20,000 bases of DNA from an uncultured virus (IMG/VR IMGVR_UViG_3300042887_000814) (taxonomy: Duplodnaviria > Heunggongvirae > Uroviricota > Caudoviricetes): the IMG/VR virus record IMGVR_UViG_3300042887_000814, positions 55,571 to 75,570 of that record. The stretch is one strand, 5' to 3'. This document shows, piece by piece, positions 16,264 through 20,000 of this stretch; the stretch's first letter is position 1, and each line of letters starts with the position of its first letter. A program made the position numbers and the translations under genes. The notes beneath the pieces were generated by a model. That model was not told where the DNA came from and made no database searches. It worked only from the letters and a program-made list of their open reading frames with translations.

Positions 16264-17295
16264 TTATACCCGCTTCATGACTGTATTCTCAGCAAGATTA
16301 CGCCAGTTAGTCGGGCTGATCTTGACGAGATCCGCGATCTTAAGAGCCATGCGCATAGACAACTCGCGCAATCGGGCCTTCTGATCCCACATGAACTGCA
16401 ACACTTGATCACCTTCATCGAACTGAAAGAAGTAATCACGGAACAGACCACCATCGGTGTCATTGTGAACCTGCTTGATGCGCAACATCTTGTCACGCTC
16501 AGTGTCAATCGTCAAGTCAAGAAAGTGACAACGTGACTGCAACGCTTCCAAGTGATCCTGCAACTTCTTACTCTTCAAGTGATCAAACTTGATGTTCGTA
16601 ATAAAGATACACGAACCATTGAAGTCAAAACTGTCGGGGATGCCTTCGCGGCGCAACATGCTAGAATCACTGTTCCAGTAAATTCTACGGCGCTTGCCAC
16701 TGTCAAGTGCGGCCTTGAGAATGTTCAATGCAAGATCATCCATCAACACGCTGTCACAGTCATCGAACACCAATACGTGATTCTTGTCACTATGCTTGAA
16801 CAATGTAGCATAGAGACCCAATGCCGTCATAGCACCCTTGACAATCTCAAACTTGATCGGACGACCCGCGATCTTGTCAAACATAGCAGCCTTCTCCAAC
16901 TGCTGTTCAACACCATAACTCTTACCAACGCCCGGAGGGCCTGATACGATCATTGCGCGAATGCCACCGTTAGTAGTCGCGGCAGACATTTCATCAAGAA
17001 TCGAAAAGCGGGTACGAATACGTGCCATAGCCTCGTCATCAGTTTCCTGAACGACAGGGGTAGACACAAATGCGGACACTCCTGCAGGTGCCGTCTCACC
17101 ACCAACAAACTCAAAATCACTCATTGATTCTACCTTCACTTTAACGGTGTCGATTGCGATATCAAACTGACCCTCGTTACGAACCGTAATATAATTACCT
17201 TTCTTACCTGACTGAAAGCCTTTGACCAATTTAAACTCAGTGTCAACTACTGTCGAGCCACGATAAGAACCCTTAAAAATACGAACAACTGACAT
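16264..17295 (-). CDS. P-loop/AAA-type ATPase of unknown function (about 343 aa)
   Basis: Walker A SGPPGVGKS, Walker B LVFDDCD, sensor-like FITN, ALQSR. GGAG RBS favours ATG 17295 over the track start at 17310. Confidence 0.85.
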   Translation of the reverse strand: MSVVRIFKGSYRGSTVVDTEFKLVKGFQSGKKGNYITVRNEGQFDIAIDTVKVKVESMSDFEFVGGETAPAGVSAFVSTPVVQETDDEAMARIRTRFSILDEMSAATTNGGIRAMIVSGPPGVGKSYGVEQQLEKAAMFDKIAGRPIKFEIVKGAMTALGLYATLFKHSDKNHVLVFDDCDSVLMDDLALNILKAALDSGKRRRIYWNSDSSMLRREGIPDSFDFNGSCIFITNIKFDHLKSKKLQDHLEALQSRCHFLDLTIDTERDKMLRIKQVHNDTDGGLFRDYFFQFDEGDQVLQFMWDQKARLRELSMRMALKIADLVKISPTNWRNLAENTVMKRV

Positions 17296-17328
17296 ACTCA
17301 TCTCCATCAATTAACGAACAATATAACT

Positions 17329-17357
17329 ATTATAGTCCCTTGCAGGGCTAATGTCAA
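17329..17357 (-). promoter_or_regulatory. Perfect-consensus sigma70 early promoter
   Basis: TTGACA-N17-TATAAT; the -35 overlaps the TGA of the upstream small gene. Confidence 0.9.
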
Positions 17358-17527
17358 GCCGGGGCAAACATCTTAGCACCTTCGGCCATAACGACACGAT
17401 ATGCTTTCATTGTTTCTTGCGTCTGGGCTAATGGGCTAGTATGAATATACTGCATCATTTCCAAGAAGCCCAAACCCAAAAATTCTGCGTCTTTTTGGAT
17501 CACTTTGATTGCTGTAGCGATTTGCAT
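17354..17527 (-). CDS. Small early protein (57 aa)
   Basis: MQIATAIKVIQKDAEFLGLGFLEMMQY...; AAGGA RBS and a promoter directly upstream indicate ATG 17527 rather than the track start at 17647. Confidence 0.7.
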   Translation of the reverse strand: MQIATAIKVIQKDAEFLGLGFLEMMQYIHTSPLAQTQETMKAYRVVMAEGAKMFAPA

Positions 17528-17557
17528 TTCAGTTCCTTTTCTCAACTCTATGTATCT

Positions 17558-17586
17558 ATTATGAACCCAATCACACCCAAAGTCAA
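17558..17586 (-). promoter_or_regulatory. sigma70 early promoter
   Basis: TTGACT-N17-CATAAT; shares GGCTTGAC and ATAATAGnTAnAT flanks with the 17329-17357 promoter. Confidence 0.8.
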
Positions 17587-17632
17587 GCCTTTTTCGCCAC
17601 TTTTTTCCATTATTTTCATAATGAAAAAAGGC

Positions 17633-17687
17633 GTTTAAAATCAACAACTTACGATGCCTAAATTGTTGTTTAAAAACAACAACTTAC
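17633..17687 (+). repeat. Pair of 20-bp direct repeats containing IHF-consensus sites
   Basis: GTTTAAAATCAACAACTTAC (17633-17652) and GTTTAAAAACAACAACTTAC (17668-17687), 19/20 identical. The first contains an exact WATCAANNNNTTR. Confidence 0.75.
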
Positions 17688-17690
17688 AGA

Positions 17691-18851
17691 CTACAGTCCT
17701 GGCACAATTGTGGGTTGTGGTATCTTATCTCTTTCATGGGCTAATTTCAGGTACAATGTATCATATGCCCTGTCTTTGAAGACTTGTCTGTTATGCTCTA
17801 TTATGTGCTTGTTTTCTTCGTATGCTTTTCTAAAATCTTGAACGTCTCGAAACATCATATCGATAGAAAACATAAATTCAAAAAATCTTCTGTCGTTATC
17901 TAGGATGCTATCATATGAATAGTTTATGAAGTTCGGTAATTTGAAACCATAACTCTTTACATCTTCGATGAAACCTGAATATGCAAATGGTAGTATGAAA
18001 TTACCTTTGATCAAAGGATCTAGTGTTTTTTCAGTCATGCCCCTTGTGTTCCACCCAGATGAACACAATGTTTCAACATATATAGAAACATATGTTCTTT
18101 TATAAAATTCATCTCCGATAGGATACCAATAACCTCCGGAACCTTCTGGATTCTGAATGGTGTTTATTACTGATTGGCTAGGATTGTTGGGTAGAAAATT
18201 GTTGCCAGCACTATTAATAAATCCCTTCTTCTCATAAAGCCTACGTAGATAATCTTTTAATCCGGCTCGGTATCTCATCCTAGGCATGAACAACCCGTGA
18301 TATACTAAACCAGGACACAAATATGCTTTACAAATACTAGGATCATCTTTTCCTTCAGGAATATTAAACATCTCTTTGTTAGCACCAGTAGTCCATATTA
18401 TCTCTCTACTACCTATAGGCAAAGAGTTCACTAGATTTTCAATCTTATGATAATCATGATAATAGAGTTTATGACGATTAAACATTATATCATAATGTAT
18501 CAATCCGTCTCCAGTGCCGGCTGCAAGATTTTTGTGTACGACATATGTATTGGGAAATACTTCCCTATAATCTTTTAACATTTTTAAAAAATGTTCTCTA
18601 TCGTATCTCTCATCGATATGAAATATCGCCAATACTATTACTATTTGTTTAGTAGTGAGTCTTTTTAATATCTCACTATTGATAGGGTTGAAATTATGAA
18701 GTAGCGGGATTACATCCGCGTCTTTTATATTGTCAACATATTCCCAACCTTCTTCAATGAAGAAGGGCCATATGTGTACATTAAATAATCTTCTATTTTC
18801 TTCACTAGGCAACGAATCATTGATACTACTTAAATTACGTAAAATGCGCAT
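17691..18851 (-). CDS. Putative glycosyltransferase-like protein (GT-B / GT10-like C-terminus), 386 aa
   Basis: YVSIYVET...MTEKTLDPLIKGNFILPF...GFK...INYSYD...IIEHN resembles the ExxxxxxxxxTEK nucleotide-sugar-binding motif. Confidence 0.5.
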   Translation of the reverse strand: MRILRNLSSINDSLPSEENRRLFNVHIWPFFIEEGWEYVDNIKDADVIPLLHNFNPINSEILKRLTTKQIVIVLAIFHIDERYDREHFLKMLKDYREVFPNTYVVHKNLAAGTGDGLIHYDIMFNRHKLYYHDYHKIENLVNSLPIGSREIIWTTGANKEMFNIPEGKDDPSICKAYLCPGLVYHGLFMPRMRYRAGLKDYLRRLYEKKGFINSAGNNFLPNNPSQSVINTIQNPEGSGGYWYPIGDEFYKRTYVSIYVETLCSSGWNTRGMTEKTLDPLIKGNFILPFAYSGFIEDVKSYGFKLPNFINYSYDSILDNDRRFFEFMFSIDMMFRDVQDFRKAYEENKHIIEHNRQVFKDRAYDTLYLKLAHERDKIPQPTIVPGL

Positions 18852-18856
18852 GATTT

Positions 18857-19048
18857 TTATTTATATTCATGTTCGTTCATTCCGCATATGCAAACACCAT
18901 TTACGAAAATATGATCACAAACATCTTGTATTTGTAATGCTTCATAAAGAAGCGGGACTGATCTTTCTAATTCAGGGTATTTTCTAAGATCCTCTAGTGT
19001 CATACATTCTATAGCACGTAACACTTTTTCTACTGCCTGCCTGCTCAT
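18857..19048 (-). CDS. Small hypothetical protein with C-terminal Cys/His cluster (63 aa)
   Basis: CDHIFVNGVCICG; TAATG coupling with the upstream gene. Confidence 0.6.
   Translation of the reverse strand: MSRQAVEKVLRAIECMTLEDLRKYPELERSVPLLYEALQIQDVCDHIFVNGVCICGMNEHEYK
18858..18865 (-). promoter_or_regulatory. T4 late promoter TATAAATA overlapping the upstream stop codon
   Basis: Exact TATAAATA 6 nt before ATG 18851. Confidence 0.6.
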
Positions 19049-19335
19049 TAATCATCCCTGCCATAGTTATAACTTTCAATTTTATAGATAGCATCGCGTA
19101 GTGTCTTGATGCCATCACATATAGCCCAAGCCTTCTTGTCTACATTTACCTTTATGAATGCATCATTGTACACAAGAATGTCTACCTGAGATCCTGTGTA
19201 GTTGAAAGTCACCGATATATAAGGTATTCTACCTTCGTGTGTGGATGTGTGGATGTTTGAAAATATTTTTGATTTTTTAGTGTATAGGAATGCCAATATC
19301 AATGATACTGTTTTTTCGCTCATACAAACGACCAT
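19048..19335 (-). CDS. Hypothetical protein (about 90-95 aa)
   Basis: Tiles between neighbours; the start may be the ATG overlapping the upstream TGA (MSEKT). Confidence 0.6.
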   Translation of the reverse strand: MVVCMSEKTVSLILAFLYTKKSKIFSNIHTSTHEGRIPYISVTFNYTGSQVDILVYNDAFIKVNVDKKAWAICDGIKTLRDAIYKIESYNYGRDD

Positions 19336-20000
19336 TTTTCCATCACAAAATATTCGTTTAAATCTTTTTTCCTGAGGAAATACTTACCCGTGATCGACAG
19401 GCCGGTATTACCGATATGTCTATCTAACAATGTTAACAATGGATTATCACCGGTGATAGAGAACATAACTTTATTTAGTTTATCATCTTCAAACCAGTAC
19501 TCTATATTGTTCATACGACGGCGTTGATTCTCTATTCTTTTTAAGAACTTTAAGTCACGCTGAACAGGTTCGCGCATGTTAGGAAGATTGTTGTTTTTAA
19601 AATAACTAGATTGAAAGATTCCGTCAATCTCTTTATCGTAATCGTAGAAATAAGGCAAGCGATACACGATGCCTGCTAGGCTATCAGGAACTTGTAGTGG
19701 ATTGCCATGTAAGAATTTCTGCAAGTCCTTTCGGTACTTAGTCAGTTCGCGACCTTGCAAGGTCAACATCAATAGTTTATCCTTATAATACTTGCGGATA
19801 TTTTCTGCCTTTTGACGATCAAGGTCATTAACCTGCGCCGGCAATTCAGGACTGTTCAAACTTCTATTAAATCTATTTGAATCACTATTAGACAAACGTT
19901 GTATGCAACAACTGATAGCCAATATATCTTCTAGATATGTCCTAGTGGTGTCCGGGGCCAACTCGCCCTCAACCTGCTTGAATATATCATCTAGACTCCA
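19320..20000 (-). CDS. Hypothetical protein (5'-partial)
   Basis: The frame of track ORF 19320..19961 stays open to the window edge (WSLDDIFKQVEGELAPDT...), so the true start probably lies outside the window. Confidence 0.7.
   Translation of the reverse strand, partial: WSLDDIFKQVEGELAPDTTRTYLEDILAISCCIQRLSNSDSNRFNRSLNSPELPAQVNDLDRQKAENIRKYYKDKLLMLTLQGRELTKYRKDLQKFLHGNPLQVPDSLAGIVYRLPYFYDYDKEIDGIFQSSYFKNNNLPNMREPVQRDLKFLKRIENQRRRMNNIEYWFEDDKLNKVMFSITGDNPLLTLLDRHIGNTGLSITGKYFLRKKDLNEYFVMEKWSFV

Noticed and set aside
17337..17347. CCCT-TGC-AGGG palindrome in the promoter spacer as an operator
   Set aside because: Only a 4-bp arm and not repeated in the sister promoter; could be chance.
17528..17647. 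N-terminal extension of the 97-aa track ORF
   Set aside because: It runs through the promoter and repeat region; the SD and promoter support ATG 17527.
17633..17687. Mini CRISPR array
   Set aside because: Only two 20-bp units with a 15-bp spacer and no cas genes; an IHF-like or regulatory repeat fits better.
964..18987. Numerous plus-strand ORFs in the track (e.g. 964-1302, 5098-5448, 13722-14078, 14311-14640, 16552-16944) and nested minus ORFs 13841-14074 and 16275-16508
   Set aside because: They lie within well-supported genes, lack RBS or promoter support and have unnatural composition; treated as shadow ORFs. Only 7817-8200 is accepted on the plus strand.
1..20000. Stop-codon reassignment as an explanation for short ORFs, including mini-DnaE
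   Set aside because: Long genes are intact in code 11. TAA, TGA and TAG all end genes at sensible positions, often with start-stop overlaps. The DnaE deletions are internal, not truncations at stops.
1..20000. tRNA, rRNA, introns or canonical inteins
   Set aside because: Intergenic gaps are short and show no cloverleaf. Helicase, primase and UvsW have normal lengths with no insertion evident.

Overview
20 kb of a large T4-like (gp41/gp61/gp62/UvsW-type) dsDNA phage genome, densely coding in standard code 11 and almost entirely on the minus strand. Left (1-4500): putative virion/head genes behind T4-late-type (T/G/C)ATAAATA promoters, including a KxDG ligase-fold nucleotidyltransferase. Middle (4515-16171): replication region with DnaB/gp41 helicase, gp61-like primase, peptide deformylase, an approximately 190-aa miniature DnaE (C-family polymerase) catalytic core, a DEDDh exonuclease, a PhyH-like 2OG-Fe(II) oxygenase, a gp62-like clamp-loader subunit, a possible stand-alone Hint-like protein, a UvsW helicase and five small paralogues of an unnamed domain. 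Right (16264-20000): consensus sigma70 early promoters preceded by tandem IHF-consensus repeats, a P-loop ATPase and a glycosyltransferase-like gene. The most notable observations are the miniature or split DnaE, the systematic leaderless promoter-to-start geometry, the small paralogue family and the apparently capsid-targeted ligase-like enzyme. All calls come from motif recognition by eye; no database searches were run.
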